Source of the DNA: Candidatus Thorarchaeota archaeon
GTDB taxonomy: Archaea > Asgardarchaeota > Thorarchaeia > Thorarchaeales > Thorarchaeaceae
Assembly: GCA_019057475.1 (NCBI GenBank)
Contig: DXJO01000020.1
Location: 32,001-96,000, forward strand
Length of the DNA stretch: 64,000 bases
Direction: 5' to 3'
Below, piece by piece: positions 50,426 through 60,914 of this stretch (position 1 is the first letter of the stretch; every line of letters begins with the position of its first letter). Under the pieces are notes generated by a model that worked only from the letters and a program-made list of their open reading frames with translations, was not told where the DNA came from and ran no database searches. The position numbers and the translations under genes were made by a program.

Positions 50426-51448
50426 TTGCAATCGGATTCATACTACGAATTCACTCAAGCTATCGTGAACCTATTTATAGGCCTCTCCGATGCGCTCATA
50501 CCCCTTGGAATACCATTTGGCCCGATTGCCTGGTTCGTTATCGTTGTTACTGTACCCATGGCCATAGTCATAGCGTTTCTGCTGTATCGCATCAAGGGCT
50601 CTGCTGGCGGCTTGCCTGATGGTGTACGTAGAATCATTGCGTCAACTGGCGATGTTTCCTCGGGCATTGCAGGTACGAAAAAGGTACGGTTCATCAAAAC
50701 CCCCGGAGAAGCGTTGGTATTCCTCAAAGTGGAAGAGAATGCTGTTCAACAAGCTTTGGCTGCAGTTGATTACTACACTAAAGAAGGCGAGATAGACAGC
50801 TCGCTTCAAGACAAGCTTGTTTCACTCTATCAAGGCAGGCTCACTGCTGTACAGGCTGCAATTGCTAAAGACGAGGAACTGAAGGCTGTTGTGGATGCAG
50901 ACTCCGCGATGGATCGAGCACGATCTGATTACCTTCGGAAACTTGCAGCGATGTCTGGTACCACTGTAGAAGCAGACACTATTGAGTCAGGGCCGCCCAG
51001 CGTTGGGGCGCCAAGCGCAGCTGCGGTTACACCAAGTGATGCGGCAGCTCCTTCAGCCGGTCCCCCAAGTGGCGGCGCTCCGAGTGGTGGTGGACCTCCC
51101 AGCGGTGGTACACCTAGTGGTGGCGGTCCTCCAAGTGGCGGCGCTCCGAGTGGTGGTGGACCTCCAGGCGGTGGTGCACCTAGTGGTGAATCTCCAAGTG
51201 GCGCCACCCCGAGCGCTGGTACACCTAGTGGTGGTGGACCTCCAGGCGGTGGTGCACCTAGTAGTGGTCCTCCAGGCGGCGCACCTAGTAGCGGTGTTCC
51301 AAGCGGTCCTCCAGGTGGCGGAATCCCGAGTGGTCCTCCAGGTGGCACGTTAGGCGAGAAACCTTCTGGTGCACCTGGTAAAAGCTCTCTCCAGTCTGAG
51401 ATGCTCGCAGAAATGGAACGCTTGCGAACCCTGATGAGTGGGGATTAG
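50426..51448 (+). CDS. Membrane protein with helical domain, Gly/Pro/Ser repeats and C-terminal amphipathic helix
   Basis: N-terminal TM; SGGGPPSGGAP repeats. Confidence 0.75.
   Translation: MQSDSYYEFTQAIVNLFIGLSDALIPLGIPFGPIAWFVIVVTVPMAIVIAFLLYRIKGSAGGLPDGVRRIIASTGDVSSGIAGTKKVRFIKTPGEALVFLKVEENAVQQALAAVDYYTKEGEIDSSLQDKLVSLYQGRLTAVQAAIAKDEELKAVVDADSAMDRARSDYLRKLAAMSGTTVEADTIESGPPSVGAPSAAAVTPSDAAAPSAGPPSGGAPSGGGPPSGGTPSGGGPPSGGAPSGGGPPGGGAPSGESPSGATPSAGTPSGGGPPGGGAPSSGPPGGAPSSGVPSGPPGGGIPSGPPGGTLGEKPSGAPGKSSLQSEMLAEMERLRTLMSGD
50990..51375 (+). repeat. Imperfect coding tandem repeat (~33 bp unit, PSGGGPPSGGA)
   Basis: Recurrent cctagtggtggtggacctcc / ccaagtggcggcgctccgag. Confidence 0.85.
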
Positions 51449-51575
51449 TAGCTCCGCCAGTCCTTGTATCCTTCCTCAGGATTCAGTGAATCTTAGATCG
51501 GATTCGATTGTCAGAAGCCTTTTTGAGTAGCCCACTCATGAGGCTCCGTATCACTGAGTTAAGGATGCTGATGAC

Positions 51576-52259
51576 ATGTCAGGTACTAAGCTAAATGCAG
51601 TAAGGAGCGTCATTCCCCTGATTCCTAAAAGTGGAGCGATAGGTTTGGGCAGTGGTTCCACTGTAGCAATCTTTGCAAAGGAACTTGGCCAACAGGTTCT
51701 GAATGGAAGCATCGACATAAGTGTCGTTCCAACTTCCTATCAAGCCTATGAACTGGCTATAGAACATGGAATAACCCTCACGAATCTGGATTTGAATCCT
51801 GAATTACTTCTGACTATTGATGGTGCTGATGAAGTTGACAAGAACCTTAACCTGACGAAGGGCGGAGGTGGCGCTCTGTTTCAGGAGAAGATAGTTGCAT
51901 CAGCATCCAAGAAGCTAATCATCATAGTGGATGAATCTAAATTGGTAGAGCGTCTTGCAACTAAGTTCGAGATTCCAGTGGAAGTGCTCCCATTCTCGCT
52001 GGGTGTTGTTCGGAGGAAGATTGTGGAGATGGGGATCACTCCGAACGTACGCCAAGCTCAGAAGAAGATGGGTCCCATAGTAACTGATAATGGAAATTTC
52101 ATTCTTGACCTCAAGTTTTCCAAGCCAATCAGTGAGCCAAGACAAGTTGCAATAGATCTAAAGATGATTTCCGGTGTTGTGGAAACCGGACTCTTCATTG
52201 ACATGGCAGACGAGGTGCATGTTGGTACAGAAACCGGCGTGCGTGTGCTGAAGAAATGA
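51576..52259 (+). CDS. rpiA: Ribose-5-phosphate isomerase A
   Basis: GLGSGST, DGADEV, KGGGGA, TDNGN, GVVETGLF. Confidence 0.96.
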   Translation: MSGTKLNAVRSVIPLIPKSGAIGLGSGSTVAIFAKELGQQVLNGSIDISVVPTSYQAYELAIEHGITLTNLDLNPELLLTIDGADEVDKNLNLTKGGGGALFQEKIVASASKKLIIIVDESKLVERLATKFEIPVEVLPFSLGVVRRKIVEMGITPNVRQAQKKMGPIVTDNGNFILDLKFSKPISEPRQVAIDLKMISGVVETGLFIDMADEVHVGTETGVRVLKK

Positions 52260-52337
52260 TGGCGGGCCCGCCCGGATTTGAACCGGGGACAACTTGCTTA
52301 GGAGGCAAGTGCCCTATCCATACTAGGCCACGGGCCC
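52260..52337 (-). tRNA. tRNA-Arg(CCT)
   Basis: rc GGGCCCG..CTTGC-CTCCTAA-GCAAG..CCA. Confidence 0.94.
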
Positions 52338-52399
52338 TCGGAGGAGAGCGTGCAATCAGTCAGTTGTTAAAGTTTTTGTAGCATTCTAACAGCAGGATG

Positions 52400-53680
52400 C
52401 TATTCCGCAATTTTCGCAGTGATTACTAAATTCCCCTCAAGTGCATCAACCAGCGCACCACCCTGCCTAGTCTTGATTCGGATAGAACTCTCACCATTAC
52501 GGCCAATGACCGTTGTTAGAAGGTAGTGGTCATCAGCAAAGACCTCTATCCTCATTTTTGCGAACTTCCGACCAGCAGTGATTGTGACTTTCTTCTTGGA
52601 ATAATTTACACTGATAGGCACTGACTGCCCTGGGGCACCTCGCCTGGGACCCCTACCGCGCTGCCTGCCCTCAGGCCGCATTCCACCCCTCACAGGTACT
52701 ATAATCTTCTCACCTCCAAACGAGAAGATTTCATGCTCAAGAACTCCCACCTCAAAGTCCCTGATTTCTATAACCGGTCTTGCTAAATCTCTCTGACTGC
52801 CGCCCATGCCTGTAGGGAGTTTCACTTTCAGAGCGAGCGAGGAAATTTTGGCAACGCGACCTGCTTCAATATGAAGGACAGTATCAACTGTGCTGGGCAG
52901 CTGGCCAAGTTCGACTCGCCCACCCAAGATAAGACGCTGAACTGCGTCAATGGCCGAACCAGCATGTACTACTCCCACCATGCCTACGCCCGCTGATCTG
53001 AGGTCTGAATAAGCCTGAAAGTCAGCCGTTTTTCTGAGTTCATCGTAGATTACGTAGTCTGGGCGCACAAGCAATAAGATGTCTGCAGCCTTTTCCATAC
53101 TGCCATCCAGGGGGGAATACTGCACGATGTCCTCTGTGACCTGAAGGTCTCGGGGCTGTTCAAGTGTCTTAACAACATTACCTTTCCGACTGTAGAACTC
53201 CGCAAGAGCTGCAGCGAAGGTGCTTTTTCCTGAGCCTGGTGATCCGGAAACCAAGATGCCCTCAGCTCGAGTTTCGAGCCGCTTCATTAGTTTCGGGCTA
53301 AGCTTGTAGTCTTCAATATTCAGTTTGGTAATGGGACGAATTGCAGAGATCTCCATCTTGTCGGCGAATGGGGGCATGGCAATCGCGATTCTCAGATTTC
53401 TAAGCTGAACCACAGCAGCCCCGTGCTCCTCTATCTCTATGAACGAGGCTTTGTCGTATCTTGCGCTTTCCATTATCGCCTCTGCAAGAATTTCCAGTTC
53501 CTCACACGTAAGAAGCCGATCGGACAGCTCAACAAGATCCCAATTGCCTGGTTCACCACGTTTGGCTCTGGGCGGATTGTTTTCAACGAGATGAACCGAC
53601 ATTGTGCGGTCATCGAAGAAAGCTTCGAGCTTCACAATATCCTCGGTTTTATATTCAGCTTCATCAGAGGTGTTTGTCAT
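52400..53680 (-). CDS. PINA-like P-loop ATPase lacking the PIN domain
   Basis: FFDDRTMSVHL, GSPGSGKST, EQPRDLQ, LLVRPDY.IYDE, LARPVIEIRDF. Confidence 0.82.
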   Translation of the reverse strand: MTNTSDEAEYKTEDIVKLEAFFDDRTMSVHLVENNPPRAKRGEPGNWDLVELSDRLLTCEELEILAEAIMESARYDKASFIEIEEHGAAVVQLRNLRIAIAMPPFADKMEISAIRPITKLNIEDYKLSPKLMKRLETRAEGILVSGSPGSGKSTFAAALAEFYSRKGNVVKTLEQPRDLQVTEDIVQYSPLDGSMEKAADILLLVRPDYVIYDELRKTADFQAYSDLRSAGVGMVGVVHAGSAIDAVQRLILGGRVELGQLPSTVDTVLHIEAGRVAKISSLALKVKLPTGMGGSQRDLARPVIEIRDFEVGVLEHEIFSFGGEKIIVPVRGGMRPEGRQRGRGPRRGAPGQSVPISVNYSKKKVTITAGRKFAKMRIEVFADDHYLLTTVIGRNGESSIRIKTRQGGALVDALEGNLVITAKIAE

Positions 53681-53700
53681 TCTCTTTCACCATCACGATT

Positions 53701-54315
53701 CTATAGAATTGTCTGTGAAACCCTGTAATAATTTACTTCACCATTCTGGTCCACAAGGGCGAACACGAGTTTTTTCCTTGCAGCAGAGGCAGCTTCTGTC
53801 ACTCTATCCAATTCATCGAGAGTTATGGAAACTCCTTCCTTGAGTACGTAAATCAACTGCTTTGCCGGTGTGGTGCCAGGTTTGTCTCCGCGTGCATAGA
53901 CTCGAAAGCCCAATCCTCCTCCGAATCCTTGACGAACTGCAAATCCCCTGCTTCTTAGGTCTCGAAAGACTAAGTGATTGACCCACAGTTCAGGATTCTT
54001 TTCTATCAATTCACTGACAATATAACTGGCTTGAATTCTCTCTCCGGCGGCATTCTTGGCGACAACCCTCTTCCAATCAATCAGGTGTATGAGTTCAATC
54101 GGCTCAAGCTCCAGCCTGCCATCGTCAAGTCTAACACCATAGAACCCCTGACGTGATATCCGGTCCGCATCTTCCTTCGCAACATAGCCTTTCTGTCCAT
54201 CGAAAATGGCTTCAGCTGGTTCAGCTTCCGGTTCTGGAGGTTCTTCCGCAACCTCATTGTCGTTGAATGGATCAACCGGCTCTAGATTTGGGCCTTCTCC
54301 GCCATCATCTGACAA
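53701..54315 (-). CDS. endA: tRNA-splicing endonuclease subunit
   Basis: VFRDLRSRGF.VR.G..G..FRVY, ARKKLVFALVD..V.YY; catalytic His not evident. Confidence 0.8.
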   Translation of the reverse strand: MSDDGGEGPNLEPVDPFNDNEVAEEPPEPEAEPAEAIFDGQKGYVAKEDADRISRQGFYGVRLDDGRLELEPIELIHLIDWKRVVAKNAAGERIQASYIVSELIEKNPELWVNHLVFRDLRSRGFAVRQGFGGGLGFRVYARGDKPGTTPAKQLIYVLKEGVSITLDELDRVTEAASAARKKLVFALVDQNGEVNYYRVSQTIL

Positions 54316-54417
54316 TTCTTAATCGCCTGTTTTACCTAGGCCCGGGCGTTCCTGTGAAAAACCCTTCGACGCACCAGATGACAACAACTAATAACCGACT
54401 CAAGAAACTGCAGGTTC

Positions 54418-54921
54418 GTGACAGACATCGGGACCAGCCTGAAGGAGTTCATAACTGGCACAAGACGTGTTGCTGTCTTGGGAATTGGAAATGAGCTGCG
54501 GACGGATGACGGCATCGGTCCATTCATTATTGAAGGGCTGAACGTGGACAGTCCAAGCCTGCTGATTGAGAATGTTGGATCAGTTCCTGAGGCTTTCGCA
54601 CGACCGCTTGCAAAGTTTAAGGCTGAAAGAATCATAATGATAGATGCGGCAGATATGAAAAAACCGCCAGGTCATATCGAATTAGTCACAAAAGACAGGA
54701 TAGGTGGGATTGCAATAAGCACACACAGCATGCCTTTGTCCTTTCTAATGATGTATCTGGAGCAGGAAACTGGTGCTCAGACGATTCTTCTTGGAATTCA
54801 ACCCCAAGACATCCAATTCGGGGAAGGACTGACCCCTGAGTTAGGCGAGGCCGCTCAGAAGATTATTAGCACGTTGAACATTCTACTCTCCGACCATGTA
54901 CGAGGGCTAAAAGATGTTTAG
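54418..54921 (+). CDS. hycI: Hydrogenase maturation peptidase (HycI-like)
   Basis: GIGNELRTDDGIG, VPE, IDAA, STHSMPL, GIQP. Confidence 0.9.
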   Translation: MTDIGTSLKEFITGTRRVAVLGIGNELRTDDGIGPFIIEGLNVDSPSLLIENVGSVPEAFARPLAKFKAERIIMIDAADMKKPPGHIELVTKDRIGGIAISTHSMPLSFLMMYLEQETGAQTILLGIQPQDIQFGEGLTPELGEAAQKIISTLNILLSDHVRGLKDV

Positions 54922-55951
54922 GACAATCGAGTGGCTTGATGAAGAGCATGCAGTCAGACTCGTCGACCAGACAAAGCTGCCTTTGGTGACTGGGCATATC
55001 ATCACCGAGAGTCATGAGCGAATTGCTCATGCTATCAAAACAATGGAGATTCGCGGTGCTCCTGCCATTGGGGCCGCTGCAGGAATGGGAATGGCACTGG
55101 CCGCAATCGAGAGCAACTCGAAAACAAAGGATGAGCTGCTCACTTTCTTGGAGAAGGCTGCTGTAACATTGAACACACGACCAACCGCTGTTAATCTCAC
55201 TTGGGCCACATCACGTATCCTCAGCGTAGCACGAAACAGCGAAGGCAGTGTGGACGACATAGTCAATATTCTGGTTGATGAAGCCAAAGAAATCGCTGAG
55301 GAAGACGTTCGTATGTGCAGAAGCATAGGTGAACATGCATTATCTCTGATTAAGCCCGGCTTCACAATTCAGACAATATGCAATGCAGGATCTCTTGCAA
55401 CGGTCCATCTTGGTACAGTAGGAGCCGTAATTCGCGTGGCTCACGAGAAGTATGACGGAAACATCAAAGTCTATGCAGCTGAAACTCGACCCAGACAACA
55501 GGGTGCCAGACTGACTGTGTTCGAATTGATGGAGGACGGAATAGATACAACACTCATAACAGATGGCATGATTGGTACAGTGTTTCGTGAAGGACGAATT
55601 GATTGTTGTGTGGTGGGTGCCGATAGGATACTAAGAACAGGTCATGTGACCAACAAAATAGGAACATACACAATGGCAATCACCGCGAAGTATCATAACA
55701 TACCGTTCTACGTTGCAGCTCCAATGTCCACAATTGACATGCAAACTAGTCCAGATGATATTGAGATCGAGGAGCGTAATGGAAATGAAGTCCGAATGAT
55801 AAACGGCGAGTATATCACGGTTCCATCTGCCAAGGTATACAACCCAGCGTTTGACACGACACCTCCTGAGCTCATCACAGCTATCATCACAGACAAGGGA
55901 GTCGTAAGGAATCCCAACGAAAACAGAATGCGCAAAATGTATGAATCATGA
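54914..55951 (+). CDS. mtnA: Methylthioribose-1-phosphate isomerase
   Basis: DQTKLP, IRGAPAIG, CNAGSLAT, ETRP..QGARLT, NKIGT, NPAFD. Confidence 0.93.
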   Translation: MFRTIEWLDEEHAVRLVDQTKLPLVTGHIITESHERIAHAIKTMEIRGAPAIGAAAGMGMALAAIESNSKTKDELLTFLEKAAVTLNTRPTAVNLTWATSRILSVARNSEGSVDDIVNILVDEAKEIAEEDVRMCRSIGEHALSLIKPGFTIQTICNAGSLATVHLGTVGAVIRVAHEKYDGNIKVYAAETRPRQQGARLTVFELMEDGIDTTLITDGMIGTVFREGRIDCCVVGADRILRTGHVTNKIGTYTMAITAKYHNIPFYVAAPMSTIDMQTSPDDIEIEERNGNEVRMINGEYITVPSAKVYNPAFDTTPPELITAIITDKGVVRNPNENRMRKMYES

Positions 55952-56014
55952 ATGTAGGTTTCTAGAGAGAAAATACCTAGAAGGTTCAAGAAACGTAAGG
56001 AAAGTGCTGAGCTC

Positions 56015-56911
56015 TTGAGCAGTATTCTTGTCGAGTTTCGGACTATTAATGGGGAAATTAGCCATGTGCCTTTCAGCAAAGGTGAAACTAAGATCAATTT
56101 ATCAGAAACAGGCATAGTTTCTATAGATTTGTCGGTATTTTGCGAGTTTTCGACATTGGAATCACTGAATCTCTCCCGAAATCATTTGGAGAATCTTGAA
56201 CTAGGTCATCTCAGTCAGTGCAATCAACTTGAATCCTTAGACCTCAGTCACAATGCATTAGCAATAATAGACCTCAGCCCGCTAAGCAAGCTCAAGAACC
56301 TCAATAAACTATCACTGTCATACAATCCTCTAGCAGAGCTGGACTTTGCACCTCTTCAACATTGTACTGGCCTGAAGACACTTAGACTCACAAATGTTGG
56401 GCTGAAAGAGATAGATCTCTCATTCTTGACTCAATGCACAGAACTGCAACAGCTTTCATTGGTCTTCAACAATCTGTACCAGTTAGACCTCGCACCTTTG
56501 GCTTCATGTAGGAATCTGCAAATGCTTTCAATCAACAAGAACCAACTCAAATCTATCGACCTGACACCTCTCAAATCCTGTCGCAATTTAATTACATTGA
56601 ACCTCAGTGATAACCAGTTGTCCGAGATAGATCTGACTTCACTCCAAGACTGTTTCAAGTTCTACTCTCTGATTCTATTCAAGAATAAACTGCAGGCGAT
56701 TGCTCTCGAGCCAATCGGACGGATAGAAACTCTGAGAGGTCTCAATTTAGCTTACAACGAGCTACGAAGTGTTGACTTGAGGCCTTTGTCCCAATACTCT
56801 CAAATGAAGGAAATTCATCTTTACGGCAATCCGCTTGAAGAACTTAACAAGCCGAATGTTGCAAATCCCGGTCTGATGTTGAACTCGCCTGAAGGAAGAA
56901 GCACACAATGA
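56015..56911 (+). CDS. Leucine-rich repeat protein
   Basis: ~11 22-aa LxxLxLxxNxLxxIDLxPL repeats. Confidence 0.9.
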   Translation: MSSILVEFRTINGEISHVPFSKGETKINLSETGIVSIDLSVFCEFSTLESLNLSRNHLENLELGHLSQCNQLESLDLSHNALAIIDLSPLSKLKNLNKLSLSYNPLAELDFAPLQHCTGLKTLRLTNVGLKEIDLSFLTQCTELQQLSLVFNNLYQLDLAPLASCRNLQMLSINKNQLKSIDLTPLKSCRNLITLNLSDNQLSEIDLTSLQDCFKFYSLILFKNKLQAIALEPIGRIETLRGLNLAYNELRSVDLRPLSQYSQMKEIHLYGNPLEELNKPNVANPGLMLNSPEGRSTQ

Positions 56912-58011
56912 ATGAATGGCTCTCTGTCTTGAAGTACAATCCCATTGAGTGGCTTTTGGAATCCAGCAATCCAGCGGTTCGTTTCTTCACTTTAAAGGAT
57001 CTTCTTGATTATGCCGATGACAACCCCGGAGTTCTGGAGGCAAGAAATGCAATCATGGATGATAGAAGAGTTTCCAAGATACTCAGCAAACAGAATCAAG
57101 AAGGACATTGGGAGGCTCCGGAAAAACCATACCTACCGAAGTACAAGTCCTCCTACTGGCAAGTTATGATTCTTGGAATGCTAGGAGTCAACCAGTTTAA
57201 TGTTCAAATTCAGAGGGCGATCAATCACATATTCCGATTTCAGCATGCAGAGGGCGGATTTACAGAACTCAGCGAGATAGGAGCACGAGAAGAGTATAAG
57301 TTTGTAATCCAAAGATCATTAAAGAAGCACAAGGAACCGCCTCCCTTTGATACTTGGGCTGAATCAAAGATTCGAGAGTCTGAGTTGACATGTCTGACTG
57401 GGAATGTAGTCCTCGCTCTAATCCGATTGGGCCGCGCCGATGATGAGCGGGTGCTGAGAGCTCTCAAGTGGCTCATCGAAGTGCAGAATGTTGACGGTGG
57501 CTGGTTGTGCCCTTATTGGAAAGCACACATCAAGGACAAACATGGATGTTTCATGGGGACGATAACTCCTCTACATGCATTCTCCGAGTTTCCAGCCAAG
57601 AACAAAGTACCGGGAATGGAATCCTCCATCAGAAGAGGCGCAGAATTCCTGCTAATGCACAGGCTATTCATGGCCGATCACCACAATTTCAAAGTGATAA
57701 AGGAGTCATGGCTCAGATTCGGCTTTCCTCAGTTTTTCTATGATATACTCCGAGGTCTATCCGTGGTCACAGAATTGGGTTATGCTACCGATTCAAGAAT
57801 AGATGATGCACTAGAAATTCTTCTGCGAAAACAGAACAATGACGGGTCATGGAATCTTGAAAGTTCCCCCGTGGGACGAATGCAAACCACTCTGGAACGG
57901 AAAGGAACTCCAAGCAAGTGGATCACTTTGGATGCACTTCGAGTAGTAAAGAGAGTATACGAAGCCAGAGGATCACTCTCAATCGACGAGCTGGAGCTAG
58001 TGCATCGTTAA
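56908..58011 (+). CDS. Prenyltransferase/squalene-cyclase-repeat protein
   Basis: QNQEGHW, QHAEGGF, QNVDGGW, QNNDGSW QW-like repeats; PSKWIT. Confidence 0.75.
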   Translation: MNEWLSVLKYNPIEWLLESSNPAVRFFTLKDLLDYADDNPGVLEARNAIMDDRRVSKILSKQNQEGHWEAPEKPYLPKYKSSYWQVMILGMLGVNQFNVQIQRAINHIFRFQHAEGGFTELSEIGAREEYKFVIQRSLKKHKEPPPFDTWAESKIRESELTCLTGNVVLALIRLGRADDERVLRALKWLIEVQNVDGGWLCPYWKAHIKDKHGCFMGTITPLHAFSEFPAKNKVPGMESSIRRGAEFLLMHRLFMADHHNFKVIKESWLRFGFPQFFYDILRGLSVVTELGYATDSRIDDALEILLRKQNNDGSWNLESSPVGRMQTTLERKGTPSKWITLDALRVVKRVYEARGSLSIDELELVHR

Positions 58012-58068
58012 CCACACTGCAGCATAGAAGTCCTTAAGAGTCGTTCAAGCAGAGCTAGAGTGAATTTA

Positions 58069-58146
58069 GGGCGCGTAGTCTAGTCTGGATAGGGCGCCTG
58101 CCTTCGAAGCAGGATTCCCCAGGTTCAAGTCCTGGCGCGCCCGCCA
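58069..58146 (+). tRNA. tRNA-Arg(TCG)
   Basis: GGGCGCG/CGCGCCC, CCTGC-CTTCGAA-GCAGG, CCA. Confidence 0.94.
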
Positions 58147-58149
58147 CGC

Positions 58150-58395
58150 CTAACTCTTGCCCAGTTTCTTGGTCCAAACTTCAAGGAAGTACTCAAGAGA
58201 CCTGCCGAAGGTTTTCTCGGCTTCAGGCGGAAAGAGGCATCCTGGTAGCTCACGGTGGGCCCAATGAGACTCTATACAATCGCAACAGATTCCCTTTTTT
58301 GAGCATCCGGGATAGGTGCAACCACACCGCTCTTTGTTTCTCTCGATGTTACAGATTCTGCCAGTCATTTCTAGCCCCGTCAGTGCCTTGAGCAA
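58150..58395 (-). CDS. Small Cys-rich protein (DUF6485-like)
   Basis: CGCTYPGCSKKGICCDCI..ELPGCLF. Confidence 0.7.
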   Translation of the reverse strand: MLKALTGLEMTGRICNIERNKERCGCTYPGCSKKGICCDCIESHWAHRELPGCLFPPEAEKTFGRSLEYFLEVWTKKLGKS

Positions 58396-58461
58396 GCCGG
58401 TTAAAACATAATTGGTCTAGTCGATAGGCTAATAGACAGGAATAGCCAATTTGCTATCGTC

Positions 58462-59241
58462 ATGGACCTTGTGAAGGAACTCGGTAACGATCTCACCGGA
58501 GTTGACGGCATCAAACTGAATCCTGCAAGAGCGCGAGCTCTAGAGAATCTTCTCACGCAGAACTTTGATCCAGATGTTAAGACTAGACTGATTCGGCGTT
58601 TCAAGAGTAAGAAGAACGTGGTCATTCACATAGGCATGGACTCAGATTCCGGTATGCCAGATCTCGTGGCAAAGATGTTCGTCACAGAGCATTTCAAAAC
58701 CGACTTGATGGCACTGAAACTGAGTCATGAGAATGAGCTTGCTGTACCCAGAGTCGTTGACGCTAACGATGGAGTCATTCTCATGGATTTCATTTCCGGG
58801 GAACCTCTAACTGAACGAATCAACAGAACGTTCGAACCCGCCCTGATAGACGACTTGGCCAAGTGGTATTACGATTATCATTCCATCCGCGACATGATAA
58901 AGGGCGACCCCCGTCTACGTAACTTCATCTGTGCTGAGAACGCACTTGTTGGCTTGGATTTTGAAGAAACAACATCAGGACACTGGATTCTTGATATCGG
59001 CGGGGCCAGCGCAAGTCTACTCGACACGAAGCCAGTTTTCGATTCCAGAAAAAGGAAACTTGTATGGCGTTTCCTAGAAGAATACCTTTCATTGCGTGGC
59101 AAGGAACGGGGCAAGAGCATTGATGGCCTGTTCATCACAACTGTTTCGGAAGCCCTGAAACGCACAGCTTACTGGCGCAAAGACGATGCCATTCTAGCAC
59201 TTGCAGACCAAGTCAGAACGAGTGGGATTCCTGTCGATTAG
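58462..59241 (+). CDS. Bud32/RIO/APH-like kinase
   Basis: SKKNVV, VAK, MDFISG, KGDPRLRNF, LDFE. Confidence 0.78.
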   Translation: MDLVKELGNDLTGVDGIKLNPARARALENLLTQNFDPDVKTRLIRRFKSKKNVVIHIGMDSDSGMPDLVAKMFVTEHFKTDLMALKLSHENELAVPRVVDANDGVILMDFISGEPLTERINRTFEPALIDDLAKWYYDYHSIRDMIKGDPRLRNFICAENALVGLDFEETTSGHWILDIGGASASLLDTKPVFDSRKRKLVWRFLEEYLSLRGKERGKSIDGLFITTVSEALKRTAYWRKDDAILALADQVRTSGIPVD

Positions 59242-59357
59242 TCCTAGGACGCTCATCTCAAAGAAATATCATCCCCAAACGTTCATATTCTGGTGCTTTA
59301 TTGATATGCACGACCAAACATATCACTTCACTATCTTGGTCACGTAGGCGTGTTACG

Positions 59358-60914
59358 ATGAAACTGCAGGCAAAAGCATTGGCTGCATTGGTACTAATCA
59401 TTGTAGCCAGTGGTGCTGCGATTTTTCTTTTCGCGTTTCGAAGTGCAAGGAACAATCCAGTAGTTCTTGTAGAGGGCGGATACATCACTTCACAGGATTC
59501 CGAGTTGGTTTCTATTAGGGCAATGGGACTAGATGTGAACATAACTCTGGTGTGGGAGAATGACCTTGGTGTGGGCAGCTTTGTTATCAATATCACCAAC
59601 ATAGATGTAGCCAGGGCGGAGATCATCTCCGAGGCAGATGTTGCAACAATAGCTAACGGGACTTCCTTTGAAGTACTTGATGTGAGTACTAACGAGGATG
59701 TCGCTCTAGTTCAGATACGAGCGCCCTATGCAGAGAACACTATCAGTTTCTATGTCTTGGGCGATTCACAGGGCTATCAGGGTGGCATTGAGCAAGTTGT
59801 GGCTGCTGCAAATGAAAATCGACCAAATTTCGTATTCCATTGCGGTGACCTCACCCCTTTCGGCCAGGAGGCCCAGTATCTAGATGTCGTGGATGCGCTG
59901 GATGGCTGCAATGTTCCAGTGTTCACAACAGCTGGAAATCACGATATTCGTCTGGATGGTGGTGAACGATATCTCCAGCACTTTGGCCCATCGACATATA
60001 GTTTTGACTTCGGTCCAGCCCACTTCGTAGTCTTCAACACCTCAACTGGCGATGTTTCCGAAGACGAAATCCAATGGTTGACTACGGATCTCACCGATTC
60101 CAGAGCAGAACGGAAATACGTGTTTACACATATTCCTCCATTCGACCCCCGGCCTGAAGGCACTCACTCGATGATTAATCTTACAACTGCTGAACGAATC
60201 ATGAACATCTTTGAAGATAATGGAGTTGATGCAGTTTTCACTGGACACATACACCTGTTCAACAACAGCATCGTTGATGGTGTTCGCTATGTCATTACAG
60301 GCGGAGCCGGAGCCAGTCTCTATGCTGCCCCTGAAGATGGTGGCATCTACCATTATGTGGAAGTCACAATCATCGGGTCATTGCAGACAATCGAAGCTGT
60401 GCCTCTTGATTCACCATCACTAGAGCGAAACATGATTCTCGTGAGAGGCATTGACGAGGATGTTACACTAAGCCTAGATGACTTATTGGCTATGCCCATT
60501 GCCGAAGGCTATTCATCGTTCCAAAATCAATACGATAACTGGCGAGGCCAAGGCACCTACCGCGGAGTCCAACTTTCGGACCTACTTGACCTAGTGGGTG
60601 GAATGACCGTTTCGGACCGTCTAAGAGTGTCTTCTAACGATGGCTACGAGCAATATTTCAGCTACTGGAATGTTTACCCTAATGCCTCGTGGCAATCGAC
60701 TCAAGGTGACATGATCTTGGCCTTTGAGTTCAATGGGTCGCTGGTTCCGGAATGGTCTAACGGCATGAGATTGGCGATGATGCCATCCGACGAAGGCTAC
60801 AGTAACAACGATTGCCAAGCGACATCAGCACCCGGCATGGGGTGGTACGTCTATCCCTCTGCAGGTTCCCGTTGGGTGAGATACGTTGAAACAATCGAGG
60901 TGGTTTCGGGTTGA
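59358..60914 (+). CDS. Membrane-anchored metallophosphoesterase fused to molybdopterin-oxidoreductase-like domain
   Basis: GDSQ, GD, GNHD, HIPP, GHIH; YRGV.L.DLL..S.DGY..WVRYV. Confidence 0.8.
   Translation: MKLQAKALAALVLIIVASGAAIFLFAFRSARNNPVVLVEGGYITSQDSELVSIRAMGLDVNITLVWENDLGVGSFVINITNIDVARAEIISEADVATIANGTSFEVLDVSTNEDVALVQIRAPYAENTISFYVLGDSQGYQGGIEQVVAAANENRPNFVFHCGDLTPFGQEAQYLDVVDALDGCNVPVFTTAGNHDIRLDGGERYLQHFGPSTYSFDFGPAHFVVFNTSTGDVSEDEIQWLTTDLTDSRAERKYVFTHIPPFDPRPEGTHSMINLTTAERIMNIFEDNGVDAVFTGHIHLFNNSIVDGVRYVITGGAGASLYAAPEDGGIYHYVEVTIIGSLQTIEAVPLDSPSLERNMILVRGIDEDVTLSLDDLLAMPIAEGYSSFQNQYDNWRGQGTYRGVQLSDLLDLVGGMTVSDRLRVSSNDGYEQYFSYWNVYPNASWQSTQGDMILAFEFNGSLVPEWSNGMRLAMMPSDEGYSNNDCQATSAPGMGWYVYPSAGSRWVRYVETIEVVSG

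Noticed and set aside
50929-51353. Alternative-frame and antisense ORFs over the Gly/Pro repeat
   Set aside because: By-products of a stop-poor repeat
56015-56911. LRR protein as a novel system
   Set aside because: Stand-alone LRR with no informative neighbours; such repeats are common in Asgard genomes
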